A stretch of DNA of 64,000 nt from Isurus oxyrinchus. Lineage: Eukaryota. The DNA is taken from the NCBI GenBank assembly GCA_026770705.1, contig JANJGN010000001.1, positions 156,612,001-156,676,000 of the forward strand. The letters run 5' to 3'. Positions 1 through 14,225 of this stretch are shown here, piece by piece (the first letter of the stretch is position 1; each line of letters opens with the position of its first letter). The notes below the pieces were generated by a model. The model saw nothing but the letters and a program-made list of their open reading frames with translations. It did no database searches and was not told the DNA's origin. The translations under genes were made by a program, and so were the position numbers.

Positions 1-1841
1 TGTGTAGTTCAGGCCAGTGGTCTTGTGGTACACTGCTTGTCTCCACATTTTTAGTTGCAGGTTTCAATTCCTGTGGGACTAGACATTCCAAACTGTTTAC
101 TGAATGTTTGACAGTTTTTGTCAGTTGCCACACAGTGTGGTGTCCAATGCAAGGAAGTTTTGCTGAACTCCCACTCCTGGCTCATGGGCCTTTTTAAGGT
201 GGGATCCAATCAATCCGAGAAAGTGTGATATAATATAAATACAATGCTTAAAGCCGCATATAAGTTTATTTTAAGTACAAACTCGGGTAGTTCTAAGATA
301 CATCCGAAAAGGAATAAACATTTGATATAGTAAACTCTCCTGTTTTTCAGACCTTGGTAGAAATGTCCCATAAATACAAAATGAGAATGTGAGATGATTA
401 ACAGAGCAGACAGGGACAGGGTAACTCGAAACAGATGCTCAGATTTTAACCTGGGGAAAGAGTGCGACTTATGGGGAAGGAGGGGTTTGTAAACAGAAGA
501 TCCGGGCAATTTTCACTCCATGTATTCAGTAAAGTACCCAGATGTCACCTGCCACCCAAAGCAGGAGAGGATAATGTGGAGGCTGGTGGGTGAAAGTGGG
601 AAATTGCATGGCCACAGGCCACCATTGGGAATCAAGGGAACTGTCCCCAGTAAGGTGAGTTAGAGGTGGGGAACTTTTGATGATTGCAGATGGGGTAAAG
701 GGAAGTCAGGACACTCCTGCATCACCTGGCCCACAAGGAAACTTCAAAGCATGAAAGCAAAAACTATTTAGCTAAGCATATATTCTGGGCCTGATCCTGC
801 TTGCTGTCAATTTTTACTCTGGGCCTGTATGAGATTCATACACTTCACAGTAAATACCGGGGCTCAAATGATATTATAGGACACTGATGTTAAAATATTT
901 ATGATGATCTGCCTGCCTGCAGTGGGCTGTGCTGGCACTCCTGTAAATCTAGCAGTTAAAATGGCAGGGGTTTTCAGTGCTGCCAAAATTTAGTGGGTAT
1001 GCTGTCACCATTTTAATGGGGTTGGGTTCCTCAATCATGATATCTTAACAACCCACTGGAGGACAACATGGGTGTTAACAACTAGAACAATGAGCTTTAG
1101 AGGGTATGGAACATACAGTATGTCAACTTAAAGAAAATAATGATCCTTGTTGAAATGTGCTTATGTGTGCACATAAGATAAGACGATGACTAGGCTTGTC
1201 TAGATGCACAATAGGCACAATGGTTAAATGGTTACCAGCACTATAGAGGGTCTCGGAGGAAAGAAGACCATGAGGGTAAGATAAAAGAGGTCAGAGGCCT
1301 ACATACTGCTTTCAGGAAAGAAGGGAAGAACAGAGGTAGAAAATTCCCACAAACCAATGACTTAGCAATAACAGAACACATCCAGAGTAAATCAGGGGAT
1401 GGATAGGCTGCATGGAAAACAGAAGATATGGTTAAGAGTAGCTTAGTTGAAGGTAGGTAGATTGTTGATCAGAGGTAATCTTAGTTTCATGAAAACCTGT
1501 AGTAGAACATGGGAAAAAAAGGATGTGAACCATTGGTCCAATTTCTAGAAATGCTGCAAAACTGTGAAGAATCAAATCTTGTTTCTTGTTGTGATCAAGA
1601 ATCAAATTATTTCAAGATATTATAATACAAAAGATATTAGGGAACTAGAAACAACATTTGGTCCAACAAAATGTGTTGCCTTCTTGGACCTTTTATGGTC
1701 TTTAGCATAATTGTTTAATTTACTGATGGAGGTCTTGAGCCACAGATCGTTCAGGATTGCAAAGTTCTGAAAAAAATTTCATTATCCCTTAAAGAACCTT
1801 ACAACTTACGCATTCAACTCAGACCTGCTGTATTTGACATA

Positions 1842-4800
1842 GGTGGAGACAGTGGCATAGTAATAATACCACTGGACTAGTAAGCCAGAGGCCCAGGCTA
1901 ATGTTCTGGGGATATGAGTTCAAGTCCCACCATGACAGCTGGTGGAATTTAAACTTAGCTAATAGATCTGGAATTAAAAAGCTGGTCTCAGTAATGGTGA
2001 CCATGAAGCTATTGTTGATTATTGTAATGAACCTGATGGGTTTTTAATGCCCTTTAGGGAAAGAAATCTGTTGTTCTTAGATGGTCTGCCCTACATGTGA
2101 CTCCACACCCACATCAATGTGGTTGACTCTTAAATGTCTTCTGAAATGACCTAGCAAGCCACTCAGTTGTATCAAACTGCTTTAAAGCCTACAAAAACGC
2201 AATGAAACTGGAAATGACAATGATAATCCCATCCCTGTTGACTCTGCGAAGGCCTCCTTACTAACATCTAGGGGCTTGTGCCAAAATTGGGAGAGTTGTC
2301 TCACAGACCAGTCATGCAACAGCCTGACACAATCATACTCACAGAATCATACTTTACAAACAATGTCCTAGGCACCACTATCACCATCCTTGGGTATGTC
2401 CTGATCCAGCAACTGGAAAGACACACCAGAAGTGGTGGCACAGTGGTATTTAGTCAGGTATATGTCAACTCCAGATCCCATGAGGTCTCATGACGTCAGA
2501 TCAAACATAGACAAAGAAACTTGCTGCTGATTACCACCAACTACCCCCTCCGCCCCCTCCTTCCCCCCACCCCGCCCCACTTTAGTTGATGAACAAAATA
2601 GGAGCTGAAGTAGGCCATTTGGCCTGCTCTGCCATTCAATAAGATCATGGTTGATCTGTTTGTGTTTCGAGTTCCACATACCCGTCTACCCCTGATAACC
2701 TTTGACCCCTTTGCCTAACAAGAATCTACCTACCTTTGCCTTAAAATACTCAGTGACCCTGCCTCCACTGCTTCCTGAGGCAGAGTTCCAAACAGCCCTC
2801 TGAGAGAAAAAAATTATCCTCACCTCTATCCAAAGAGGGTGACCCCTAATTTTAAAACAGTCCCCCCTAGTTCTGGACTCACCCACAAGAGTACTCCTCC
2901 ATATTCAACACCACTTGGAGAAAGCACTGAGTGTGGCAAGGGCACAGAATGTGGAGGACTTGAATGATGCTCACCATTTGTGGCTCAGTAGCACCACTAC
3001 TGACCAATCTGGCTGAGTCATGAAGGACATAGCTGCTAGACTGGGTCTGTGGCAGGTATTGAGAGAATCAACAAGAGGGAAAAAAATGACTTGACTTTGT
3101 CCTCATCAATCTATCTGTTGCAGATGCACCTGTCCATGAAAGTTTTGGTAGGAGTGACCACCGCACAGTCCTTGTGGCAACAAAGTCCTGTCTTCATGTT
3201 GAGGATATCCTCTGTCATGTTGTGTGACAAATGGAATAGATTTCGAACAGGTCTAGCAGTTCAAAGCTAGGCATCCATGAAGCACTCTAGGTCATCAGCA
3301 GCAGCAGAATTGTACTAACCAACAATCTGTAACCTCATGGCCCAGCATATCCCCAACACTATCATTAACATCAAGCTAGGGGATCAACCCTGATTCAATG
3401 AAGAGTGCAGGGGAGCATGCCAGGAGCAGCACCATGCATACTTAAAAGTTAGGTGGCAAACTGCTGAAGCTATAACACAGGACTACATGTGTGCCAAACA
3501 GCATTAGCAGCATGCGATAAACAGAGCTAAGTGATCCCACAACCAACAGATCAGATCTTGGCTCTGCAGTCCTGCCACATTCAGTTGTGAATAGTGGTAG
3601 ACAATTAAACAACTAACTGGAGGAGGAGGCTCCACAAACATTCCCAAGCTCAATGCGGGAGAGAGCCCAGCATATAAGTGCAAAATTTTCAGCCAGAAGA
3701 GCCAAGTGGATGATCCATATTGGCCTCCTCCAGAGGCCCCCAGCACCACAGATGCCAGTCTTCAGCCGATTTGATTCATTTCACGTTATATCAAGAAATG
3801 GGTGAAGGCACTGGAAACTGCAAAGGGCCTGACAATATTTTGGCAATAGTACTGAAGACTTGTGCTCCAGAATTAGTTGCACCCTTAAACAAGCTGTTCC
3901 AGTACAACTGCAACACTGGTATCTACCTAGAAATGTGGAAAATTGCCTAGCTACATCCTGTCCACAAAAAGCAGGACAAATCTGACCTGGCCAATTACCA
4001 TTCCATCAGTCTACTCTCGATCAGCAATAAAATGATGGAAGGCGTCTTCAGTAGTGCTATCAAGTGGCATTTACTCAATGATCACCTGCTCATTGATGCT
4101 TAGTTTGGGTTTAGGCCAGAGCCGCTCAGCTCCTGACTTTATTACAGCCTTGGTCCAAACATGGACAAGAGAACCACACTCCAGAGGTGAGGTGAGGGTA
4201 ACTGCCCTTGATAGCAAGGCAGCATTTGACCAAGTGTGGCATTAAGTAGCCCTAGCAAAACTGGAGTCAATGTGAATCGGAGGGGAAACTCTCTGCTGGT
4301 TGGAGTCATACTTAGCACAAAGGAGTATGGTCGTAGTTGTGGTTGTTGTAGGTTCCCATCTCAGTCCCAGGACATCACATCTCAGGGTAGTGTCCTTGGC
4401 CCAACCATCTTCAGTTGCTTTATTAATGACCTTTCTTCCATCATAAGATCAGAAGTGGGGATGTTTGCTGATGTTTAAACAATGTTCAGCACCTTTCACG
4501 GCTCCTCAGACTGAAGCAATCCATGCCCATATGCAGCAAGAATTGGACAACATTCAGGCTTGGGCTGATAAGTGGCAAGTAATATTCCTGCCACACAAGT
4601 GCCAGGCAATGACCATGTCCAACAAGAGAGAATCCAGCCATCTCCTCTTCACATTCAATGACATTACCATCATTGAATTCTCACTATCAACATCCTGGAG
4701 GTTACTAATGAGTAGAAACTGAACTGGACTAGCCATTTAAATGCTGTGGCTACAAGAGCAGGTCAGAGGCTAGGAATCCTGTGGCGAGTAACTCACCTCT

Positions 4801-5355
4801 TGACTCCCCAAAACCTGTCCACCATCTTACAAGTCACAAGTCGGGAGTGTGATGGAACACTCTCGACTAGTTTGGATGAGTGCAGCTCCAACAATGCTCA
4901 AGAAGCGTGAAACCATCCAGAACAAAGCAGCCAGCTTGATTGACACCCCATCTACAAACATTCACTCCTTCTACCACCGCTGCACACTTGTACCATCTAC
5001 AAGATGCTCTGCAGCAATGCACCAAGGCTTTTCGACAGCACCTCCCAAACCTGCAACCTCTACCACCTAGAAGGACAAGGGCAGCAAGTGCATGGGAACA
5101 CACAACCTGCAAGTTCCTCTCCAAGCCCCACACTATTGTGACTTGGAACTATACTGCCGTTCTTCACTGTCACTGGGTCAAAATGCTGGAACCACCACCC
5201 CCCGCCCCCCGAACAGCACTGTGGGTGTACCTACACCACATGGACTGCAGCGGTTCAAGAAGGCAGCTCATCGCCACCTTCTCAAGGGCTATTAGGGATG
5301 AGCAATAAAAATGTTGGTCTAGCCTGTGATGCCCATGTCCCAGGAATGAATAAAA
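1842..5355 (+). mobile_element. Full-length decayed single-ORF LINE (APE+RT, CR1/Jockey-group) with tRNA-derived 5' head, copy 1
   Basis: A-box-like TGGCATAGTAA (1853) and B-box-like GAGTTCAAGTCC (1916). APE start (PKLGELSH..QPDTIILTES, ORF 2278) and RT motifs ALDSKAAFDQVWH, QGSVLGPTIF, MFAD. C-terminus PTPHGLQRFKKAAHRHLLKGY* followed by a GAATAAAA tail. Many stops and frameshifts. Confidence 0.9.
2594..2889 (-). mobile_element. CR1/HER1-type LINE 3' fragment nested in LINE copy 1
   Basis: ORF 2686-2886 GESRTRGD..FFSQR..WNS..FK; CR1 3' tail; the host LINE resumes at agtactcctcc. Confidence 0.85.
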
Positions 5356-6169
5356 CAATGATGGCATCATGAAGGTCCCAGAAGTACAGGAGCCATCATC
5401 AATGTCTATTTTCATCTTTGTAACTTTCAAACCAGTTCTTAAACAGATATTCATTTAACTCTTTTTCTGAAGGAGGTAATTGATACGACATGAATTGTTT
5501 TTCTTGGGTGCTTGCTCCAAAAATCTGGGTCCCTATGGGAGAGAAATGAAAGGTCTCCAGTCTGGATTTAGCTTTTTGTTAATTTTGTACTCTCTGCTCA
5601 CAGATTGTTCAGTAACCTGCTGGAACCGATGTTATCAGTATCCCTCATCATTTCAAGACTTAAGACCGTGCTCCCACTCAATCTATTTTTTATAGTGAAA
5701 ACAAATTGAGTAAGTCATGATTTATTTTTATATGACTACTTCTTGGGAAAAAAATGCATCCCAAAATTGTTTGGATGTTTTGGTGGATTCATGCTGAAGA
5801 AGGACCTGGAGTTTCCAATGATTTTGTTTAGCGATGGAGCCTCTGCCCACTCTGAACAAGGCCACCAACGTGGACTTTCCAGTCCATGTCACTTGGCGGG
5901 TACTTGAGATACACACAAGTTAGTGGATATCAATATGTCAATACATCAATATTTAAAGAAGGCGACCTTTCACTGACTCTGCATGCTTTAACAGACGAAA
6001 TGGCAGAGGTCATTGGTGGTCATTGTAGCAGTATTACCAACCCAACATATCCCTGAGCAATGTCGGGTTGTCGTTCTAAGAAGACCCAGGGCAGAGCTTC
6101 ATCTGCCAGGAATTCACATTAACAATTAGGGAATGTCCTTCCCACAATTTTCTATCCATTGGGATCTGC

Positions 6170-6310
6170 AGAGTATCTCCCGATTACCAGCCATGACCTC
6201 AGTGGGAAATTCGTAGAAACCGCAGAGTTTAAACAGGGATTATGGCATTTCCCAGTTGTTTCTGCGGCTCTTCTGCCAATGTTATGGAGATTGATTGGAA
6301 GAACACTCAC
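6170..6310. repeat. Old imperfect palindrome (MITE-like relic)
   Basis: Arms ctcccgatt..ccatgacc..cgtagaaac and gtttctgcg..gttatgg..gattggaag are approximately reverse complementary. Confidence 0.45.
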
Positions 6311-6684
6311 TTATATTCAGCCTGATTAAGTTTAATTAACAGAAAATCATATCTCGCCATTTATGGTAAATGCTCTTGCATGTAAAGCTGAGGAAAATTT
6401 ATTTCCTACCATCTCTCTATTCTTTAGACAGCTTCCCGCAAAATTCTTTTGAATAGTTGCCCAAAACCAATTTTTATGTTGTATAAAATTTTGAGATTCA
6501 CATCTCAGTCCTTTATTATTTGGAATATTGGCTTATCCTCCAGGGTCCTCGGGTATTTGTCCAGTTTCTAAATATAAAACTACCCTGAGTCTTATCAGTT
6601 TCCATCTGGTCCAGGAGAATTGTAGCTACTTAATTCTCTGTGTGTTTGCATATCATATCCTGTACTGACCTCTACAGATGTTAC

Positions 6685-6790
6685 AAATTCTTGAGAAAAC
6701 TCTGCACAGACCAAGGACTGAACTTGGGGTCTTTCTAGTTTGCCTGGTTTCAGTACCACCTCAGGCTGTGCATTTGTCAAATGATTCATC
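6685..6790 (-). mobile_element. Head fragment of an ancient SINE-like repeat (same family as 17600 and 47870)
   Basis: Reverse complement ...gtggtactgaaaccaggcaaactagaaagaccccaagttcagtccttggtctgtgcagag resembles the 5' part of the 17600 copy. Confidence 0.4.
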
Positions 6791-8829
6791 AGGGAGTTTG
6801 CCAACATTTTTCAACTCTTAGCAGAAGTATCTGCATCTTTCTAACAGTACTTAAATATAATCCTCCTGAATCAAACAACTGGGGAGTCCTTAAAACACTT
6901 AGCAATATTTCCATTAACAAAATCACACTCTATGAAGCATAGATTGTTATAATAATATTAATGACTTGTTCCTCATTGTCCATTTCATTATTTTACTGAT
7001 CATAATTGTGGAAGTGATATCTGCAGTATATTTAAAGCTGATGTTGTGGGATATGCATGTTATGTTTTCAACAGTCTTGAAGTTTGGACAGCAGAATTGA
7101 TGGTGTGCCTTTAAGAAGTTAGGTATCAGATGCCAGATACAGAGCTCACTGTATTTAAATTCACAATAGGAACCAATACAAATTGAAATCATCTGTAACC
7201 AATGTCCTACACATGGAGCTTTCTTGGAAGTAACGCCAATTTTTAGGCATGGAGTGAAAAATGCCTTTGGCCAGAATGATAAATGACCTCAAAAATGATT
7301 GTGAGAAAACTTCAAAATTGCTCTGGGTATCCAGTGGTCGTACCTTCATGAAGAAAAAATAAAATATGCAGAGGGAGTAATTCAAGTGGCAGAGATTATT
7401 AACTATTTCTTAGTGCAACAGAAAGGTCACTCAGGCTACTTCTCCTGAAATAAATTGTGTGTGTCATAAAACATACTGATAATAGCCATTTGTTTATGAG
7501 AAGATATATTTTAGCCTATCCACAAATTATAGTGTAGTTTTCTGCCATTGTAGAATGAAAATTATTGGAATATGATCACAAGTCTCTATTTAAGAAATAT
7601 GCGCAGGATAAACTTGCCAGAAGGACTACATTATTGCTTTGCTTCTGAAATAGTACAAAGTATAGGCCAGATAGAAACGGCAACTTTTTTCTATCTCATG
7701 GTCACTAATGGAGTTTTTCAATTAAAGGCTACTTAGTTACCTATTTCAGTAATAATTAGTAAAGTTGCAAAAGATCCCAAGAGGAACTGACAGATGTTTT
7801 GAGGTTTGGAAGTAAAATTAGAAACATTACTGAAATTAGCAAATCATTTCATCTTGTCATTAATAATTAAAGACCGTAACTTCTAGTTTTGCAAACGTTG
7901 GTTCTGTTCACTCTGCTATTAGAGGATAGGCAGTAGGAAGTTCAATGAATGGGTCATTGCCTTACCCATGATTAGAAATAAGTGTAATCTATTACATCTT
8001 TTAATGTCTCCTGTTTATAATACTCTTTCTCTTGAGGCTTTCCTCTGCAGTATTAGCAGTTTATTATATTTTTTGGATGACTAGTGGGATGAATGTTTCT
8101 AATGTTACATGGTTTTAAGTCTCAGAAAGTATCTGGTCAATTTTATTTAGGGCGATGGAGAGCTTTTTCGTGTATTTGACTTTTTGCACGGAATTAGACT
8201 CTGTACCTGAAGATTTGCCTTCATTTTTGTTAGGTATTAATATTGTTTTGGTTAGAAGACCAATGATTGTTTCCAGACACAATTAAGTTCACATAGTAGG
8301 GTAGGGTGAGTTGGTGGGAAGGTTTCCACTGTGTGTTATGTGCAATATAGTGATGAACCTGCTCTTTAAAGATTGAGTTTTGTTCCATATGGCTCACAGA
8401 GGCATTCATGGTGTTTGTCAAATGCTGTGTGCAGTTTAAGGCCTTTTGTTTTGTTTCCTTTATTGTATGGTAGAAAAGTTGTATGGATTGAATTCCGATC
8501 ATGTCACACTGGCAAAATATAATTTTTATTCTACTGATCTCTTCAACATGACTGCCATGAAAAATCATACCCAGGCCCATATTCATGTCCCTTTCTCCCC
8601 ACCTACACATCAAAGGAACAACCCACTCCTTGTTGGGGCTAAGAGGTCTGAAAGCACAGCCACTGCTACAGACACGATGGATCTGAGACAGCAGTGGGGA
8701 AGGCGTTGGGGGTCCCATTGCACTAATACAACCTAATCTCTATCTCTAATACACTTTCTACATTAAATTCATTCAGCTGCAAACAGTGAAATAACTGTAT
8801 CACTGTTCAGGCAATTTAGTAATATTTTA

Positions 8830-9085
8830 AGAACATAAGAAACAAGAGCAGGAGTACATCATACAGTCCCTTGAGCCTGCTCCTCCATTCAATAAGATCA
8901 TGGCTGATCAACTGCCTCAAATCCAATTTCCTGCCTTCTCCCCACTTGATTCCCTAAGTGACCAAAAATCTGTCTATCTCAGTTTTAAATACATTCAACA
9001 TGGAACATCTACAACTCTCAGGGTAGAGAATTCCAAAGCTTCACAACCTTCTGAGTAAAGAAATTTCTCCTCGTCTCAGCCCAAA
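8830..9085 (-). mobile_element. CR1/HER1-type LINE 3' fragment
   Basis: aagaacataagaaacaagagcaggagt..cctgctcctccattc is the reverse complement of the CR1 3' tail; continues into RT C-terminal sequence. Confidence 0.8.
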
Positions 9086-9239
9086 ATGTGTCTATACACA
9101 CACACACTGATTTCACAAAATTAATCCTTTAAACAGAGGGAAAAAAACTAACCTTGGATCATTACAGAGAAGCTATTCTTTGAAAGGGATGTGATTCTAG
9201 ATCCTTGATCATGCACTATGCTGCACAGCTTAGTAAGAT

Positions 9240-10401
9240 GGTGGTGTTCATGCCCAAACTACCATATTTTGATGTGGACTTGGAGTCATCATCTTTATTC
9301 CCATGTTGGGTAAAGTGGCTGCGATGTTTCAAAGGTGTGATGCAGGTTTTTCAATGATAGGTAACAAAAGAAAAGACTTTACTTCTCCACTATGGAGGTG
9401 AAGAGCTGAAAGATATTTTTTGAGATGTTTATGCCTGTGCAAAACAAAAGTGATGATGACTCAGCAAAAAATTGACTAACCACCAATTTCACACACAAGA
9501 AAAATACAATGTATGAAACAAGTGTCTTCTGATGTACTCAACAAGAAGCAAATTAGACAATTGATCAATATTGCACTCAATTGAAGCAACTAGCAGCCAA
9601 ATGGAACTTTGGTGATATTGAACATGTCAAACAGGAAATCAAAATACAAGGTTGTATCTCTATCACCAATGCCAAAAAGCGCTCAAGGAAGACGGCAAGC
9701 TGTCAGAGCTGTTGGAGTTAGCAAGATTATTATCGCTTTCAGAGTCCAGAGCTACTGAATTTAAGGCTGCCAACTGTAATTACCGCACTCCAAGTTCAAC
9801 TCCTGTGAACACTGTTCATTGCTCAGGTGCTGGGAAACCACTTGCAAAGCAACAACAGCAGCCTCACAAACAACATTGTGACTTGTCCAAACAATATTTC
9901 CACTGTGGCAGTACTTACCCACACTGGATAGAATGTCCTGTTACTGGAAATCATCAACTAATGGCAAACTCACCCACTTCATTCATGTTTGTCGTTCATC
10001 AGCAAAATCAACTAAGATCATTACTACCAGAAGGATGTCACGTATGTGTACTACAGCAAAAGGGTGAGAGAATGTAGCCAATGTAGAGGTTGACAAACCT
10101 ATATATACTTTGGTGCTCTCTTTTGGACACAGCAAACAGACACGTGTGACAGTGACTATTGACTGCTCAACATGGATCTCTCATAGGTACAGGAGCATCT
10201 GTCAGTGTCATGGAAGACAAACCATTCAACAAACTTCAGGATTGCCCCATGCTCTGCAAACCAGGGAATATGAAAAAATTCCCTTGCAACAGTGAAGGGC
10301 CACTGAAACTATTTGGGCCTTTTGAAATTCTAGTCTCATTCAAAGGCACTAGAACAAATGCAGTAGTTTACCTTATATCTGAAGAATGTGACACACTTAT
10401 T
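9240..10401 (+). mobile_element. Decayed Gypsy LTR retrotransposon gag-protease remnant
   Basis: Broken frames read LPYFDVD..WVKWL, LLLHYGGEELKDIF, TIDQYCTQLKQLA; degenerate zinc knuckle YFHCGSTYPH..CP; protease-like LIGTGASVSVM (ORF 10159). Confidence 0.75.
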
Positions 10402-11184
10402 GGGCCTTAACTTCCTCAGGGTGGCAATCAGCATCAGATTGCCCCTCTGTGCCCAATTAGTTATGTGATTTTTCTTCCAATTCTGCCTTGCCTGACCTTC
10501 TGACACAGACCAGGTGAGACCTGAGCACTGCAGCTCGGTCCTCAAGGCCCAGCTCCATTGGAGTGAAGGAGGACACGCATCCTTTTTAAATCAAGTAAAT
10601 TAAAGGTCCCACTGAAATTGACAGGCCAGGGAGAAGGTCTAAGGTAAGTGGATGGGATTTCCGGGGTGGGGGGAGGGATCTGAGGTCGGGGAAATTAGAA
10701 GTCAGGAGTTCAGCCCTTTTGGGGGAGTGAGTTGGACTCAAGGAGTGGGAGGAACTTGAGGGAGGCTTGTGAGGGGTCGAACCCTTTGGGGGGGGGAGTT
10801 GGAAGGGGTCAGATCTCAGGTGCCTTGGGGGATCAGGCCTCGGGTGCAGGGGATCAGACCTCAGTGGGTAAGGGTTGGGAGGATTGGATCTCGGGGGTGG
10901 GGGTGGTGTTGGACCTCTGGAGGGGGAGCTGAAGGGGGTTGGATGGGAGGACAGTGTATCAGACCTCACTGGGGGATGGGGGGGTTCAGATTATGGGGAG
11001 GTCGATCTTCGATGGCTGGGGGTGGGATGGTTCAGACCTTGGGGATGGGTCCGGACCTTGGCTGGGGAGGGTGGGGGGGTGTGGGTAGTGCAGGTATTTG
11101 AACCTTGGGGAGGGCATCGTTCATTGGGGGAGGTGGGATTTCACGAGGAGCTTGGGGCATTCGGTCCTCGTTATATTGTATCTG
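10402..11184. mobile_element. Non-autonomous Harbinger-like element, right end missing, G-rich interior
   Basis: Starts gggccttaacttcc (GGG-type TIR as in other copies); interrupts the Gypsy protease; G-tract-rich core. Confidence 0.5.
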
Positions 11185-11630
11185 CTATGTATTTTCCCAC
11201 CCATTCAACTTGTCTAAATTACCTTGAAGCCTTTTAACATCCTCCTCACCACTCACATTCCCACCAAGTTTCGTGTCATCAGCAAATTTAGAAATATTAC
11301 CTTTGGTTCCCTCATCCGAATCATTGATATATATTGTGAATAGCTGGGGCCCAAGCACTGATCCCTGCAGTACCCCACAAGTCACTGCCTGTCACTCCAA
11401 AAAAGAGACATTTATTCCTACTCCCTGTTTCCTGCCTGCCAACCAATTCTCAATCCATGCCAATATATTACCCCCAATCCCATGTGCTTTAATTTCACAA
11501 ACTAACCTCTGATGTGGGACTTCATCAAAAACTTTCTGAAAATTCAAATATATCACATCCAGTGGTTCTCACTATCCTTGCTAGTTACACCCTCAAAAAA
11601 TTCCAGTAGGATTGTCAAACATGACTTACC
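11185..11630 (-). mobile_element. CR1 RT fragment
   Basis: ORF 11185-11385 GVLQGSVLGPQLFTIYIND..ISKFADDTKLGG. Confidence 0.9.
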
Positions 11631-11631
11631 C

Positions 11632-14225
11632 ATCGGCCGGGCAGGCCCAGCAGAGGTGGTGGTACAGTAGTATACAATCGGGAGGGAGTCTTAGCATCAT
11701 GTCAAAGATGGGCAAGGAAACATCCTGCTGATTACCATGTACCACTCTCCCTCAGCTGATGAATCAGTGCTCTTCCAGGTTGAATACAACTTGGAGGAAG
11801 CACTGAGGGTAGCAAGGGCGCAGAATGTACTCTGGGTGGGGAACTTCAATGTCCATTGCCAAGTGTGGCTCGGTAGCACCTCTACTGACGGGGTCCGAAA
11901 TGACATAGCTGCTAGACTGGAGTAGGTGGCGAGGGAACCAACAAGAGGCAAAAACATATTTGACCTCATCCTCACCAACCTGCCTGCCGCAGATGCATCT
12001 GTCCATGACAGTGTTGGTAAGAGTGATCACCGCAAAGTCACTGCGGAGACAAAGTCCCGCCTTCACATTGAGGATACTCTCCATCGTATTGTGTGGCACT
12101 ACAACCGTGCCAAATGGGATAGATTTTGAACAGATCTTGCAATTCAATACTGGGCATCCATGAGGCATTGTGGGCCATCAGCAGCAGCAGAATTACGCTC
12201 GAACAGAATCTGTAACCTCATGGTCCAGCATATCCCCCACTGTATCGTAGAAACATAGAAAATAGGAGCAGGAGTAGGCCATTCGGACCTTCGAGCCTGC
12301 TCTGCCATTCATTATGATCCTGGCTGATCATCCAACTCAATAGCCTGCTCCAGCTTTCTCCCCATACCCTATGATCTCTTTCGCCACAAGAGCAATATCT
12401 AATTCCTTCTTGAAAACATACAATGTTTTGGCCTGAACTACTTTCTGTGGTAGAGAATTCCACAGGCTCATCACTCTCTGGGTGAAGAAATTTCTCCTCA
12501 TCTCAGTCCTAAATGGTCTACCCCATATTCTCAGACTGTGACCCCTGGTTCTGGATTCCCCCACGAATGTGAACATCCTTTCTGCATCTACCTATCATTA
12601 CCTATCTACCTATCTATCATTACCATCAACAGGGGATCAACCTTGGTTCAATGAAGAGTGTAGGAGGGCATGCCAGGAGCAGCACTAGGCAGACCTGGTG
12701 AAGCTATAACACAGGATTACTTGTGTGCCAAACAGCATAAGCAGCAAGTGATGGACAGGGCTAAGTGATTCCACAACCAACGGGTCAGATCTAAACTCTG
12801 CAGTCCTGTCACATCCATTCGTGAATGGTGGTGGACAATTAAACAACTCACTGGAGGAGTAAGGTCCACAAATATCCCCATCCTCCATGATGGAGAAGCC
12901 CAGCACATCAGTGCAAAAGATAAGGCTGAGGTATTTGCTAGATCTTCAGCCAGAAGTGGATGATCCATCTCAGCCTCCTCCGGAGGTCCCCAGCATCACA
13001 GATGCCATTCTTCAGCCAACTGAATTCACTCCACGTGATATCAAGAAACGGCTGAAGGCACTGGATACTGCACAGGCCAAGGGCCCTGACAATATTCTGG
13101 CAATAGTACTGAAGACTTGTGCTCCAGAACTTGCCGCACTCCTAGCCAAGCTGTTCCTGTACAGCTACAACACTGGCATCCACCCAGCTATGTGGAAAAT
13201 TGCCCAGGCATGTCTTGTACACAAAAACCAGGACAAATCCAATGCATCCAATTACCACCCCATCAGTCTACTCTCAATCAACAGTAAAGTAATGGTGCTA
13301 TCAAGCAGTATTTGCTTAATCAGTAACCTGCTCACTGACACCCAGTTTGGGTTCTGCCAGGGCCATTCAGCAATTGACCTCATTACAGCCTTGGTTCAAA
13401 CATGGACAAAAGAGCTGAACTCTCAAGGTGAGGTGAGAGTGACTGCCCTTGACATCAAGGCAGCATTTGACCGAGTGTGGCATGAAGGAGCCTGAGCAAA
13501 ACTGGGGTCAGTGGGAATCAGGGAGAAAACTCTCTGCTGGTTGGAATCATACCTAGCACAAAGGAAGATGATTGTGGTTGTTGGAGGTCAGTCATCTCAG
13601 TTCCAGGACATAGCTATAGGAGTTCCTCTGGGTAGTGTCCTGAGGATCATCTTAGCTACTTCATCAATGAGCTTCCTTCCAGCATAAGGTCAGAAGTGGG
13701 GATGTTCACTGATGATTGCACAGTGTTCAGCACCATTCGCAGCTCCTCAGATACTGAGGCAGTCCATGTCCAAATGCAGCAAGACCTGGACAATATTCAG
13801 GCTTGGGCTGACAAGTGGCAATATTCGCACCACACAAGTGTCAAGCAATGGCCATCACCCACAAGAGAGAATCTAACCATTGCTCTTGGATGTTCAATGG
13901 CATTACTATCACTGAACCCCCACTATCAACATCCTGGGGATTACCATTGACCAGAAACTGAACTGGACTAGCCATATAAATACTGTGGCTACAAGAGTAG
14001 GTCAGAGGCTAGGAACTGTGGGATGAGTAACCCACCTCCTGACTCCCCAAAACCTGTCCACCATCTACAAGGCACAAATCAGGAGTGTGATGGCATACTC
14101 CACACTTGCCAGGACAAAACAGCCCGCTTGATTGGCACCACATCCACATTCACTCCCTCCAGCACTGACGCACAGTGGCAGTAGTGTGTACCATCTACAA
14201 AATGCACCGCAGGAATTCACCAAAA
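11632..14225 (+). mobile_element. Truncated copy of the single-ORF LINE (copy 3)
   Basis: APE motifs WVGNFNVH, EPTRGKNIFDLILTN..SDH; RT ORFs 12887-13495 and 13696-13950; colinear with 34066-37289. Confidence 0.9.
12248..12592 (-). mobile_element. CR1/HER1 3' end nested in LINE copy 3
   Basis: ORF GESRTRGHSLRIWGRPFRTEMRRNFFTQRV..WNSLP; tail tagaaacatagaaaataggagcaggagtaggcc. Confidence 0.9.

Noticed and set aside
10-85. tRNA/SINE-like A and B boxes at the window start
   Set aside because: Too degenerate to support a call.
5830-5920. Short GC-richer segment after an AG acceptor-like site
   Set aside because: No frame gives a recognisable peptide and there is no good donor.
8150-8718. Possible exon (ttttatttag|GGCGATGG...TTAG|gtatta) and a 162-aa minus ORF
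   Set aside because: No recognisable protein, weak donor, no partner exons.
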